Assembly: GCF_014645375.1 (NCBI RefSeq)
Contig: NZ_BMLT01000011.1
Coordinates: forward strand, 109,632 to 125,631
DNA: 16,000 nucleotides
Origin: Marinobacterium nitratireducens
GTDB lineage: Bacteria > Pseudomonadota > Gammaproteobacteria > Pseudomonadales > Balneatricaceae
Reading direction: 5' to 3'
In this document: one piece after another, positions 1-7,471 of the stretch
Position numbering within the stretch: position 1 is the first letter of the stretch
Layout: every line of letters begins with the position of its first letter
Program-made: the position numbers and the translations under genes
The notes under the pieces: model-generated
The model's input: only the letters and a program-made list of their open reading frames with translations
What the model was told of the DNA's origin: nothing
The model's database searches: none

Positions 1-2224
1 CATGGAAGCGGCCGGCGTCGCATGCCTCGACGATGTCCCGCTGCAGCGTCAGGTGCTCGATGTTGGCAGCGGGAATGATGACGCCCTGTTCGCCGGTCAG
101 ACCGCGGCTGGCGCAGAGTTCGTAGAAACCCTCTATTTTTTCGTTGACGCCGCCGATGGCCTGGATGTGGCCGTGCTGGTTGACGGAGCCGGTGACGGCG
201 AACTGCTGCCTGAGGCCGATGCCGGCGATGGCGGACAGCAAGACACAGAGCTCCAGCGCCGAGGCGCTGTCGCCGTCGACCGGGCCGTAGGACTGTTCGA
301 ACACCAGGCTGGCGTTGAGCGACAGCGGCGCATTGCGGGCGAAGCGGCTGGCCAGGAAGGATGACAGGATCAGCACGCCCTTGCTGTGAATGGCGCCACC
401 GAGTTCGGTTTCCCGCTCGATATCGACCATTTTGCCGCTGCCGATGCGCGCGGTGGCGCTGATCCTCGAGGGGCGCCCGAAGCGCTCGTCGCCCATCTGA
501 ATCACCGACAGTCCGTTGCCCTGACCGACCACGCTGCCGTCGGTATCGACCATCAGGGTGCCGCGCTCCATCTGTCGCAGCATCAGCTCGGCGTACTGGC
601 CGTTGCGGTGCCGCGCGGCGGTCACCGCGCGTTCCACGTCGCCGGCCTCGATGGCGCCGCCGTGGCGTTGCCGGGACCAGTAGTCGGCTTCGCGCAACAG
701 GTCGACGATGCGGCCGCGGTGCAGAGACAGGCGGGTGCTGTCGTCGACATAGCGCGAGCTCTGTTCCACCACCCGGGCGACGCCGTCCCGGGTCAGCGGT
801 CGTAGCTGCTCCTCCTGACACAGGGCACTGATCAGGCCGATGTAACGGCGCAGGTTTTCGGATTCGCGGTCCAGCTCTTCGGCGAAGTCGGCGTATACCT
901 TGAACAGCGAGGTGAAGTCCGGATCGTAGGCCTTGAGCAGATAGTAGAGCCGACGGTCGCCGATCAGCAGCACCTTCACATCGAGCGGTATCGGCTCGGG
1001 TTCCAGTGAGCGGGTGGCGACGCTGCCGTAGAGCTTTTCCAGCGGGTCGATGCGGATTTCACGGTTGCGCAGGGCGCGCTTGAGGCCCTCCCAGGCGAAT
1101 GGCAGGGACAGCAGTTTGCGCGCATCGATGATCAGGTAACCGCCGTTAGCCCGGTGCAGGGCACCGGGCTGGATCATGGTGAAGTCGGTGCTCAGGGTGC
1201 CGAAATGGGCGCTGTACTCGATACGCCCGATCAGGTTCTGGTAGCTGGGCATGTCCTCGAGGATCACCGGCGCGCCCGCCTCGCAGCTTTTGCCCACCAG
1301 TACCTTGATCCGGTAACGGCGAAATTCCGGCGACCGCGCCAGTTTGTGCAACGGCGGGTGGGAGCCGTTTTTTTCGTCGGGCATAAAATCGTCGATGTTC
1401 TCGATCAGGTCCTGGTGCACCTGGTCGAGGAACTGCTGCACCGCCGGATGATCCCGGTAGCGCTCGCGCAGCTGCTGGATTTCGGGGTCGATGATCAGGT
1501 GGGTAAACTCGCGCTCCAGGTCGCGCAGGCGTTCGAGGCTGCGTTGCTGCAGCTTCGGCACCTGCTTGACGGTTTCGGTCAGCTCTTCGTTCAGTGCCTC
1601 GATCTGCTGCTTGATCGCCTCCTGCTCTTCCGGCGGCAGTTTGCTGAACTGCTCCGGCGTCAGCAGCTTGCCGTCGCGGACCGGTCCCAGCGTATAGCCG
1701 TGGGGCGTGCGCAGCAGGCTGATCTGCTGAGAATGGGCCTTCTCGCCCAGCTCCTGGAAGCCTTTCTCTTCCTCCGCCTCGAACTCCGCCTGCAGCTCCT
1801 GCACCCGGCTGCGGTAATCGTCGCTCTTGAAGGTCGCCGGAATCCGCGCGAGCAGGTTCTCGATCAGCTGCAGCATGTCGCGCCGCAGCTGGTGGCCCTG
1901 GCCGCGCGGAAGTTTCATCGCCCGGGGCTGGTGTGGTTCGTCGAAGTTGTTGACGTAACACCAGTCGCAGGGAATCGCGCCCCTCGAGGCTTCCTCGCCG
2001 ACGATACGGGCAACGAGCAGGTGCTTGCCGATTCCGCTGGAACCGCTGATGAAGAGGTTGTAGCCGCCGTGGCCGATGCCGATGCCGAAACGTATGGCAT
2101 CGACGGCGCGCTCCTGGCCAATGGCGGAAGTGTCGGGTGTCAGGTCGTCGGTGGTCTGAAACTCCATATCACCGAAATCGCAGGCGTGGTAGAGCTGTTC
2201 GGCACTGAGTGGCTTGGCTGCCAT
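1..2224 (-). CDS. Lon-like ATP-dependent protease (AAA-type N-terminal region plus Lon/S16 proteolytic domain), 3' end beyond window
   Basis: I translated the minus strand by hand from ATG (complement of 2222-2224). It reads MAAKPLSAEQLYHACDFGDMEFQTTDDL...GQERAVDAIRFGIGIGHGGYNLFISGSSGIGKH... and stays open to position 2 (741 codons, no in-frame stop seen). The C-terminal part carries S16 catalytic-type motifs PVDGDSASALELC (Ser) and IGGVNEKIEGF (Lys). It is absent from the ORF track because no stop lies in the window. GGAG lies about 8 nt upstream of the ATG. The plus-strand ORFs over this span are shadow frames. Confidence 0.85.
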   Translation of the reverse strand, partial: MAAKPLSAEQLYHACDFGDMEFQTTDDLTPDTSAIGQERAVDAIRFGIGIGHGGYNLFISGSSGIGKHLLVARIVGEEASRGAIPCDWCYVNNFDEPHQPRAMKLPRGQGHQLRRDMLQLIENLLARIPATFKSDDYRSRVQELQAEFEAEEEKGFQELGEKAHSQQISLLRTPHGYTLGPVRDGKLLTPEQFSKLPPEEQEAIKQQIEALNEELTETVKQVPKLQQRSLERLRDLEREFTHLIIDPEIQQLRERYRDHPAVQQFLDQVHQDLIENIDDFMPDEKNGSHPPLHKLARSPEFRRYRIKVLVGKSCEAGAPVILEDMPSYQNLIGRIEYSAHFGTLSTDFTMIQPGALHRANGGYLIIDARKLLSLPFAWEGLKRALRNREIRIDPLEKLYGSVATRSLEPEPIPLDVKVLLIGDRRLYYLLKAYDPDFTSLFKVYADFAEELDRESENLRRYIGLISALCQEEQLRPLTRDGVARVVEQSSRYVDDSTRLSLHRGRIVDLLREADYWSRQRHGGAIEAGDVERAVTAARHRNGQYAELMLRQMERGTLMVDTDGSVVGQGNGLSVIQMGDERFGRPSRISATARIGSGKMVDIERETELGGAIHSKGVLILSSFLASRFARNAPLSLNASLVFEQSYGPVDGDSASALELCVLLSAIAGIGLRQQFAVTGSVNQHGHIQAIGGVNEKIEGFYELCASRGLTGEQGVIIPAANIEHLTLQRDIVEACDAGRFH

Positions 2225-2246
2225 GGGGCTGACTCCAGTTTTGACT

Positions 2247-2261
2247 GTCTACTGTGTAGAC
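2247..2261. promoter_or_regulatory. Palindrome GTCTAC-TGT-GTAGAC, 23-37 nt upstream of the Lon-like start codon (possible operator or 5'UTR hairpin)
   Basis: Perfect 6-bp inverted repeat with 3-nt spacer, read directly. Function is not established. Confidence 0.2.
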
Positions 2262-2374
2262 CCGCAGCGGTCGTCATGCAATGCGCGGTCGCCAATTCCA
2301 CCTGATTCGCCTGGCCGCGGTGACGGGGCCGGGCTGAATGCTGTGCTCGCGCGATGGCGCGGGCACAGCCGTTA

Positions 2375-3010
2375 TCATCGGGCGTCGCCAAGCTCGAGAC
2401 GGGTTTTCTCCAGCAACTGGCGTACTTCTTCCCGGCGACCGCGATCAGCCAGCGAGCGTCCGGGACGGTCAGGTGCATGCTCGGCGTTCTGCAGATACTT
2501 GACCGCTTCATCGTAGCGCTTCTGCTTCACCAGTAAGTCTGCGTAGAAGTAATTGGGGTCTATGCCGTCCGGGTTGATTGCCAGCGCTTTTCGCAGCAGT
2601 TCTTCGGCCTTCTTGTCGTTGCCGAATGCGATCGGCCAGCCCGGTACCTGGTAGTATAGAGACCCCAGCGAAGTGTATGCCGAGCCGTCCAGCGCGCCGG
2701 CGTCCAGCTTCAGCGCCTGTTCCAGCTCGCTGCGGGCTTCCTTGACGTACTTGAGCGCGCCGAGCCCGCCCCGGGCGCCGGCATAGCTGGCGCCGATGAT
2801 GGCGGACCAGATCAGGTAACGGGCATCGTCCGGTTGCTGTATCAGCTCCCGGTGAATATCGTCATTGAGCGCCTCGAATTCCTTTTCCTGGCGAGAGCCC
2901 TCCAGTTGGTACTTGATTTCGGCCCAGCGTGACTGGTACTCCGTCAGCGGTGCCGCCAGCAGGGGGGTGCTGGCGAGCGCCAGCAGGGCCGCTGTCAACC
3001 AGGTTTTCAT
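2375..3010 (-). CDS. Secreted TPR-like repeat protein
   Basis: Start chosen at MKTWLTAALLALASTPLLAAP (signal-peptide-like, no lipobox Cys), preceded by AAGGAG. The ATG overlaps the upstream SDR stop as ATGA. TPR-like helical repeats are present (e.g. YFYADLLVKQKRYDEAVKYLQNA). The track ORF start at 3025 (MQGEV) lies inside the SDR gene and has no RBS. Confidence 0.7.
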   Translation of the reverse strand: MKTWLTAALLALASTPLLAAPLTEYQSRWAEIKYQLEGSRQEKEFEALNDDIHRELIQQPDDARYLIWSAIIGASYAGARGGLGALKYVKEARSELEQALKLDAGALDGSAYTSLGSLYYQVPGWPIAFGNDKKAEELLRKALAINPDGIDPNYFYADLLVKQKRYDEAVKYLQNAEHAPDRPGRSLADRGRREEVRQLLEKTRLELGDAR

Positions 3011-3777
3011 GACTTCTCCTTGCAATGAGCCTTGATGGTGTCGAGTTGTTTGCCGATGGCGCCGTCGACCAGGCGTGGCATCAGCGCGTTGATGCGGGTG
3101 AACAGTGATTCGGGAAAGCCCAGCACCTTGCTGGTTCGGGGGGACTGGATGAGCCCGGCGACGGCATCGGCGACAACCGAGGGGGCATCCACCCTGTTCC
3201 CGAGCGCTCGGTTGAGCTCGACAGCTTCGGGGCTGTTGAGCGCGGTATCGGTGGCACGGGGAGCAAGCCAGGAAACACGGATGCCGGTATCCCGCAGTTC
3301 GCGGCCCAGGGCCTCACTGAAGCGCTTGAGGCCGCCCTTGGAGGCTCCGTAGGCGACATAGCCGGGGTAGCCTATCTCACCCAGTACCGAGCCGATATTG
3401 ATGATCTGACTGCCGGGATGCAGGCGTGGCACCAGGGCATGGATGATCGCCATCGGTGCCAGCAGGTTGATGCGCATCAGCCGTTCGATCGCCAGCCAGT
3501 CGCTGTTGTCGAAGCGCTGAAGCTCCTGCACGCCGGCACAGTTGATCAGCACGTCAGGCACGCGTTCGCCAAGTGCCTCGACCAGCCGGATGCCGGCATC
3601 CGGTGCGGCCAGATCCTGGGTCAGTATCTCGTGGCTGCCCGGCAGTAACGACAGCTGTTCCTCCAGGCGTCGGGCGTCGCGGGCCACCAGTATCAACCGG
3701 TGACCGTCGTTGGCAAGCCTGACGGCGATGGCACGACCGATTCCGCCGCTGGCGCCGGTCAGCAGTATCCGTTTCAT
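3007..3777 (-). CDS. Short-chain dehydrogenase/reductase (SDR)
   Basis: MKRILLTGASGGIGRAIA (TGxxxGxG Rossmann motif), NCAG, and YGASK (YxxxK catalytic motif). The start ATG overlaps the upstream stop as ATGA. The 407-aa track ORF (to 4230) has an Arg/Pro-rich N-terminal extension that overlaps the upstream gene out of frame, so I rejected it. Confidence 0.9.
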   Translation of the reverse strand: MKRILLTGASGGIGRAIAVRLANDGHRLILVARDARRLEEQLSLLPGSHEILTQDLAAPDAGIRLVEALGERVPDVLINCAGVQELQRFDNSDWLAIERLMRINLLAPMAIIHALVPRLHPGSQIINIGSVLGEIGYPGYVAYGASKGGLKRFSEALGRELRDTGIRVSWLAPRATDTALNSPEAVELNRALGNRVDAPSVVADAVAGLIQSPRTSKVLGFPESLFTRINALMPRLVDGAIGKQLDTIKAHCKEKS

Positions 3778-4430
3778 GCGGCCTCCATCGGCAGGCTGCG
3801 GAACATGTCGCCGTACAGACGGTACATGCGCCGGGCGGCATGCAGGATATCCTGCTGGTCGGCCGGATCCTCGATACGGTTCATCAGATCCTCGAAAAAC
3901 TTCAGGTGATCCTGATCGAGCTCGCCGTGGGAGTAGAGGTAGCGGCAGGCGCTTGCGGGCAGAGAGAGCGTTTCGCGGATCAGGTCGGCCATCGGCGTCG
4001 CCAGATTGACCGAGGTGCCCTCGAGGACCCAGATCATGCCGAACAGGCAGAGTGGATTGACGCGCTGCACGCTGTCGTAGGCGCAGACTACCATTGTTTC
4101 GGTTTCGAAATTCGGCGCTGACAGGCGGGCGGCCTCGCGGTCGCCGCCGCAGGCGGCAATATCGTCGAGAATCCACTCGTGGTGGCCGTACTCTTCGGCG
4201 ATATACTCGGTCAGCGCCTGGCACAGCCATTCCTGGTCATCCCGCAGCCGTGCGCCACAGGCCATCATCAGCGGCACCGTGTGGCGCACGTGATGATAGG
4301 CGTTGTGCAGAAAGGCGAGGTAGCGCTCGCGCGTCACCTCTCCCTGCATGCAGGCCACGATCGCCGGGGCACCGAGCAGGTACTGGCGCTCTGTTTCGGT
4401 TTCCAGCTTCAGGCGGTCGAAAAATCCCAT
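3774..4430 (-). CDS. Heme-oxygenase-like diiron oxidase/oxygenase family protein (iron-containing redox enzyme, TenA/PqqC/CADD-like fold)
   Basis: 218 aa. It contains EEYGHHEW (ExxH), VLEGTS, and HGELDQDH (H-x3-D-x2-H), the carboxylate/His pattern of the HDO superfamily. Strong RBS AAGGAGG lies 5 nt upstream of the ATG. Confidence 0.75.
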   Translation of the reverse strand: MGFFDRLKLETETERQYLLGAPAIVACMQGEVTRERYLAFLHNAYHHVRHTVPLMMACGARLRDDQEWLCQALTEYIAEEYGHHEWILDDIAACGGDREAARLSAPNFETETMVVCAYDSVQRVNPLCLFGMIWVLEGTSVNLATPMADLIRETLSLPASACRYLYSHGELDQDHLKFFEDLMNRIEDPADQQDILHAARRMYRLYGDMFRSLPMEAA

Positions 4431-5833
4431 GATGCCTCCTTGATACGGCGAGTCAGAACGGCGCGGCGCAGGCGGCCGTTGGCCGTCAGCTCGCCGCGCT
4501 CGCGGGTAAAGGGTCTGGTGGTGATATGCAGGTTCGTGAGGCGCGCGTAATCCGGCAGTCGGTCATCCAGTGCCCGTTGCAGGGCACGCGGGTCCTGCTG
4601 GCGGCTTACGACCAGTGCCTGAATGCCGATGCTCTCATCGCCGTAGACGAAGGCCTGATCGACATCCGGCAGATCGCACAGCTCTGCCTCCAGCCACTCG
4701 GGGGCCAGGTTGCGCCCCATCGCAGTGACGATGGTGTTCTTGCGCCGGCCGTCGATCACGAGATAGCCGTCGGCGTCGATATGGCCGCGATCGCCGGTAT
4801 CGAGCCAGCCGTCATCCTCAGGGGCGGCCTCGCCAAGGTAGCCGAGAAAGCGGTTGCCCCGTACCCGGACGTCACCGTTGGGGCCGATACTGACCTCGAC
4901 GTGGGGCAGGGGGCGTCCGACGCTGCCCGGGCGCTCCGCGCCCGGGTGATTGAAGGCCACGACCGAAGCCGCTTCCGACAGGCCGTAGCCCTCGTACAGA
5001 GGCAACCTGAGCGCCCGCGCACGCTGCTGCAGCGATGCCGCCGTCCGGCCGCCGCCGAGTGCCAGGCAACGGTAGCTGTCCGGCAGCCCCTGTTGCCGGC
5101 CGGCCAGAATCACCGGCAGCAGTGCCGGTACCAGAATCAGGCTGTGCGGCTGCCATTGCGTCAGTGTCCCCAGCATCGCCGCTGGATCCGCGCCTGCAGC
5201 GCCCCGGATTCCGAGGTCGGACATCGGTAGCAGGGTGACGCAGGCGCCCGACAGCCAGGGAACATAGAGGCCTGCGATGTTCTCGAGCAGCACCGCCAGC
5301 GGCAGAAGGCAGAGATGGCGGCGGACCTTAAGCGGCGTGGTCGCAGTCTGCAGGGCCCGGGCGACGGCCAGCATATTGTCCTGCGACAGGCAGACGCCCT
5401 TGGGTTCACCGGTGGTGCCGGAGGTGTAGGTGATCTTCGCGGTTCCTTCCGGCAGTGATACCGATGCTGGCGGCGTCAGGCGATGCAGATAGCCGCAGGC
5501 GGTACGGTTGCCTGCGGTAAGTCCGGGCAGGGGGGCGGCCGCCAGGATGGCATCGAGTGCGGCGTCTTCTGTCAGGTGCCGGCGCTGAGCGGGGGTGAAA
5601 AATCCGGGTATCGGTACCGCCGCTATTCCGGCCTGAAGCGCTGCCAGGTCGGCGATTGCCCAGTCCGCGCCGTTGTCGAGCAAAATGCCGAGGCGACGCA
5701 CGCCCTGGCGTTCGAGTTTGGTGGCGAGCTCCCCTGCCCGGGCCAGTACCGCAGAACCGGCCAGGGTCTCGGTTTCGGTTTGCAGCGCACTGTCGTTCTG
5801 TTCCAGTGCCAGGGCGAGAGTATCAAAGAGCAT
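4409..5833 (-). CDS. AMP-dependent synthetase/ligase (acyl-CoA/acyl-adenylate forming, FadD-like)
   Basis: 474 aa with ITYTSGTTGEPKGV, GYGLSEA, LDTGDRG and GRRKNTIV core adenylation motifs. It overlaps the downstream gene by 22 nt and the upstream gene by 11 nt. Confidence 0.9.
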   Translation of the reverse strand: MLFDTLALALEQNDSALQTETETLAGSAVLARAGELATKLERQGVRRLGILLDNGADWAIADLAALQAGIAAVPIPGFFTPAQRRHLTEDAALDAILAAAPLPGLTAGNRTACGYLHRLTPPASVSLPEGTAKITYTSGTTGEPKGVCLSQDNMLAVARALQTATTPLKVRRHLCLLPLAVLLENIAGLYVPWLSGACVTLLPMSDLGIRGAAGADPAAMLGTLTQWQPHSLILVPALLPVILAGRQQGLPDSYRCLALGGGRTAASLQQRARALRLPLYEGYGLSEAASVVAFNHPGAERPGSVGRPLPHVEVSIGPNGDVRVRGNRFLGYLGEAAPEDDGWLDTGDRGHIDADGYLVIDGRRKNTIVTAMGRNLAPEWLEAELCDLPDVDQAFVYGDESIGIQALVVSRQQDPRALQRALDDRLPDYARLTNLHITTRPFTRERGELTANGRLRRAVLTRRIKEASWDFSTA

Positions 5834-6455
5834 CGGCAGCCTCGTTGTCGATGTTCAGCAGCAGGCGGCGCAGCATCGGCTGCTGCTGAATGCTGGACCA
5901 GCCGTCGGCGACGGATCCTGCGAAGACGGCTGGATTGTGGCGGTAGTAGTGACCCCAGTCGTCGAGCCCCGAAGCCAGTCGCTGGGCGCGGGCTTCGGTC
6001 AGGAAACCGAGCGACAGGCCAAGACGGCTGAAAGCATGCTGCAGCTCGCGGGTGGCGGTGAACACGACGAAGTCGATGCCGCCTTCGGTGAGGTAGCGCG
6101 TCAGGCTCAGGATCATCAATCGGGCACTGCCGCGCTCGCCGGCAAGGTTGCCGACCTCGACGATCTGTTCGCGCCGCACCGGCTTGCCGGCGAACGGACG
6201 CAGTACGTCTTCGACCGGGGCGTCGAGATATTGCTCGAGAAACAGCGGTTGGCGGTCGGCATAGCGGATGCCGCAGCTTGCTTTCCACTGGTTGCCGTCG
6301 CGCAGCAATATCTGCTGTGGCAGGAAGTGACGCAGCCTGGCCTGGTGCACGTCGGCGTAACGGGCACAGGCAAAGCGCTTGATTCGCTCGTATAGTTCCG
6401 TTCCTTCCGCACAGCTGATGAGGTTGAGCTGTTGTGGCGCTGTCCTGGGCTGCAT
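5823..6455 (-). CDS. Thermostable-hemolysin family (PF12261-like, GNAT/acyltransferase-like fold) protein
   Basis: 210 aa with LFLEQYLDAPVE, IVEVGNLAGERGSARLMILSLTRYL and VVFTATRELQHAFSRLGL. I recall these as hallmarks of proteins annotated as thermostable hemolysin (delta-VPH family), from memory only. GGAGG RBS lies 7 nt upstream. It is the first gene of the operon. Confidence 0.65.
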   Translation of the reverse strand: MQPRTAPQQLNLISCAEGTELYERIKRFACARYADVHQARLRHFLPQQILLRDGNQWKASCGIRYADRQPLFLEQYLDAPVEDVLRPFAGKPVRREQIVEVGNLAGERGSARLMILSLTRYLTEGGIDFVVFTATRELQHAFSRLGLSLGFLTEARAQRLASGLDDWGHYYRHNPAVFAGSVADGWSSIQQQPMLRRLLLNIDNEAADAL

Positions 6456-6496
6456 GTCGTAACCTCCATTGCGATGAGGTCAGAATGAGCCCGCTC

Positions 6497-6515
6497 TCTT
6501 AAGGGATACTTAAGA
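6497..6515. promoter_or_regulatory. Inverted repeat TCTTAAG-GGATA-CTTAAGA in the leader/promoter region of the minus-strand operon
   Basis: Perfect 7-bp arms, read directly, 42-60 nt upstream of the 6455 start codon. Confidence 0.25.
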
Positions 6516-6610
6516 CCTGCCCGCAGAAACCGCTTCCCCGCAGTCAGCGGCCCTCAGACAGCATGCAACCTTTCGGTATCAGGCTTCAGGCGTAGCCCCG
6601 GAAGTATATG

Positions 6611-6631
6611 ACTATCGCTAATTACGATAGT
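6611..6631. promoter_or_regulatory. Inverted repeat ACTATCG-N7-CGATAGT in the AT-rich divergent promoter region (candidate operator)
   Basis: Perfect 7-bp arms with a 7-nt AT-rich spacer, inside the only strongly AT-rich stretch between the divergent 6455 (-) and 6705 (+) starts. On the minus strand a TATACT -10-like hexamer follows immediately. Confidence 0.3.
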
Positions 6632-6704
6632 TTTTAACTTATTTATCCAATATTTAACCTATAGAATTCTTCGTTCTTCTGACAACCGGGGCGGAGTGGA
6701 AAGA

Positions 6705-7136
6705 ATGAGAAGCAAAGCGGACCGGATCCGGCATGCGCTGGGGTTCGAGATCATCGGTCTGGTGCTGGTCATCGGTTTCGGCGACTGGCTGTTCGGTCTG
6801 GAGCCGGCACATTTTGGCCCGCTGGCGCTGCTGTTCTCCGTACTGGCGACAGTCTGGAACTATTACTACAACCGCGCTTTCGATGGCTGGTTGCTGAAAA
6901 GGCGGGGCAGTGTCGTCAAGCGGCAGGCGGACCGGGTGCTGCATGCGGTGATGTTCGAGGGCGGACTGCTGCTGGTGACCCTGCCGGTCATCGCCTGGTG
7001 GCTGGATATGAGTTTATGGCAGGCGCTGGTGGCCGATATCGCAATGGTTGTCTTCTACCTGCTGTACGCTTACCTGTACAACCTGGCGTACGACTGGCTG
7101 TTCCCGGCATCTAAGGCACCCGTGCCGGCGCGCTGA
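6705..7136 (+). CDS. PACE-family (AceI-like, bacterial transmembrane pair) efflux transporter
   Basis: It shows the two-repeat architecture typical of AceI. DRIRHALGFEIIGLVLV and RVLHAVMFEGGLLLVTLPVIAWWLDMSLWQALVADI...YNLAYD align by eye with AceI RRLIHAISYEGILLVI and RILHAIGFEGGLLIATVPMIAYMM. I chose the ATG at 6705 (GGAG 8 nt upstream) over the GTG at 6696 used by the track. Confidence 0.85.
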   Translation: MRSKADRIRHALGFEIIGLVLVIGFGDWLFGLEPAHFGPLALLFSVLATVWNYYYNRAFDGWLLKRRGSVVKRQADRVLHAVMFEGGLLLVTLPVIAWWLDMSLWQALVADIAMVVFYLLYAYLYNLAYDWLFPASKAPVPAR

Positions 7137-7163
7137 AAATGAGCAGTTGAGTGTCGCAGCCTG

Positions 7164-7189
7164 GCAGAGCCCGCCGACGCGGGCTCTGC
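7164..7189 (+). terminator. GC-rich hairpin (11-bp stem, 4-nt loop) downstream of the PACE gene, no T-tract
   Basis: GCAGAGCCCGC-cgac-GCGGGCTCTGC, 28 nt after the stop codon. There is no following U-run, so intrinsic-terminator function is uncertain. Confidence 0.35.
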
Positions 7190-7215
7190 TGCGATCCGAA
7201 GTGATTTGTCCAAAG

Positions 7216-7251
7216 TTTTCCCCAAAGCTTATCCACTGATTTTGTGTATAA
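7216..7251. promoter_or_regulatory. DnaA-box cluster A
   Basis: TTATCCACT (7229-7237, +, 8/9 to TTATCCACA), TGTGTATAA (7243-7251, minus-strand TTATACACA, perfect to TTATNCACA), and TTTTCCCCA (7216-7224, 7/9). Confidence 0.5.
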
Positions 7252-7471
7252 GCCCGTAGCGGCGCTGATCCCGAATGCGGCGGATCGGCGCGCTGTCAAT
7301 CTTGACATTCGCGGCTTTTCGCAGGGCTCGAGACGGGGACTTCGGTGCTGAATACACCGAAAAATTAGGCTCTTAAGCCCGGTGTCAAGAAAATAATTTT
7401 ATTACCGGACTGCGTTCTGAGTGAAGATTCGCCAGTTTGTGACGGGGCCCGATATTGCTGGCTTCGGGGGC

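Noticed and set aside
2-2305. Plus-strand ORFs 2-364, 386-805 and 1154-2305 (383 aa), plus minus-strand ORFs 1146-1961 and 1915-2121
   Set aside because: They lie opposite to or out of frame with a convincing Lon-like protease frame. Their translations are low-complexity Ala/Arg/Gly/Pro-rich with no motifs, the typical shadow ORFs of GC-rich DNA.
2343-2366. Hairpin GTGCTCGCGC-gatg-GCGCGGGCAC as terminator of the TPR gene
   Set aside because: The stem is imperfect and no U-tract follows on the minus strand. I cannot tell a terminator from chance GC-rich pairing.
3007-4230. 407-aa extended version of the SDR ORF
   Set aside because: The first roughly 150 residues are Arg/Pro-rich and overlap the heme-oxygenase-like gene in another frame. 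MKRILLTGASGGIG at 3777 is the canonical SDR N-terminus and is coupled to the upstream stop by ATGA.
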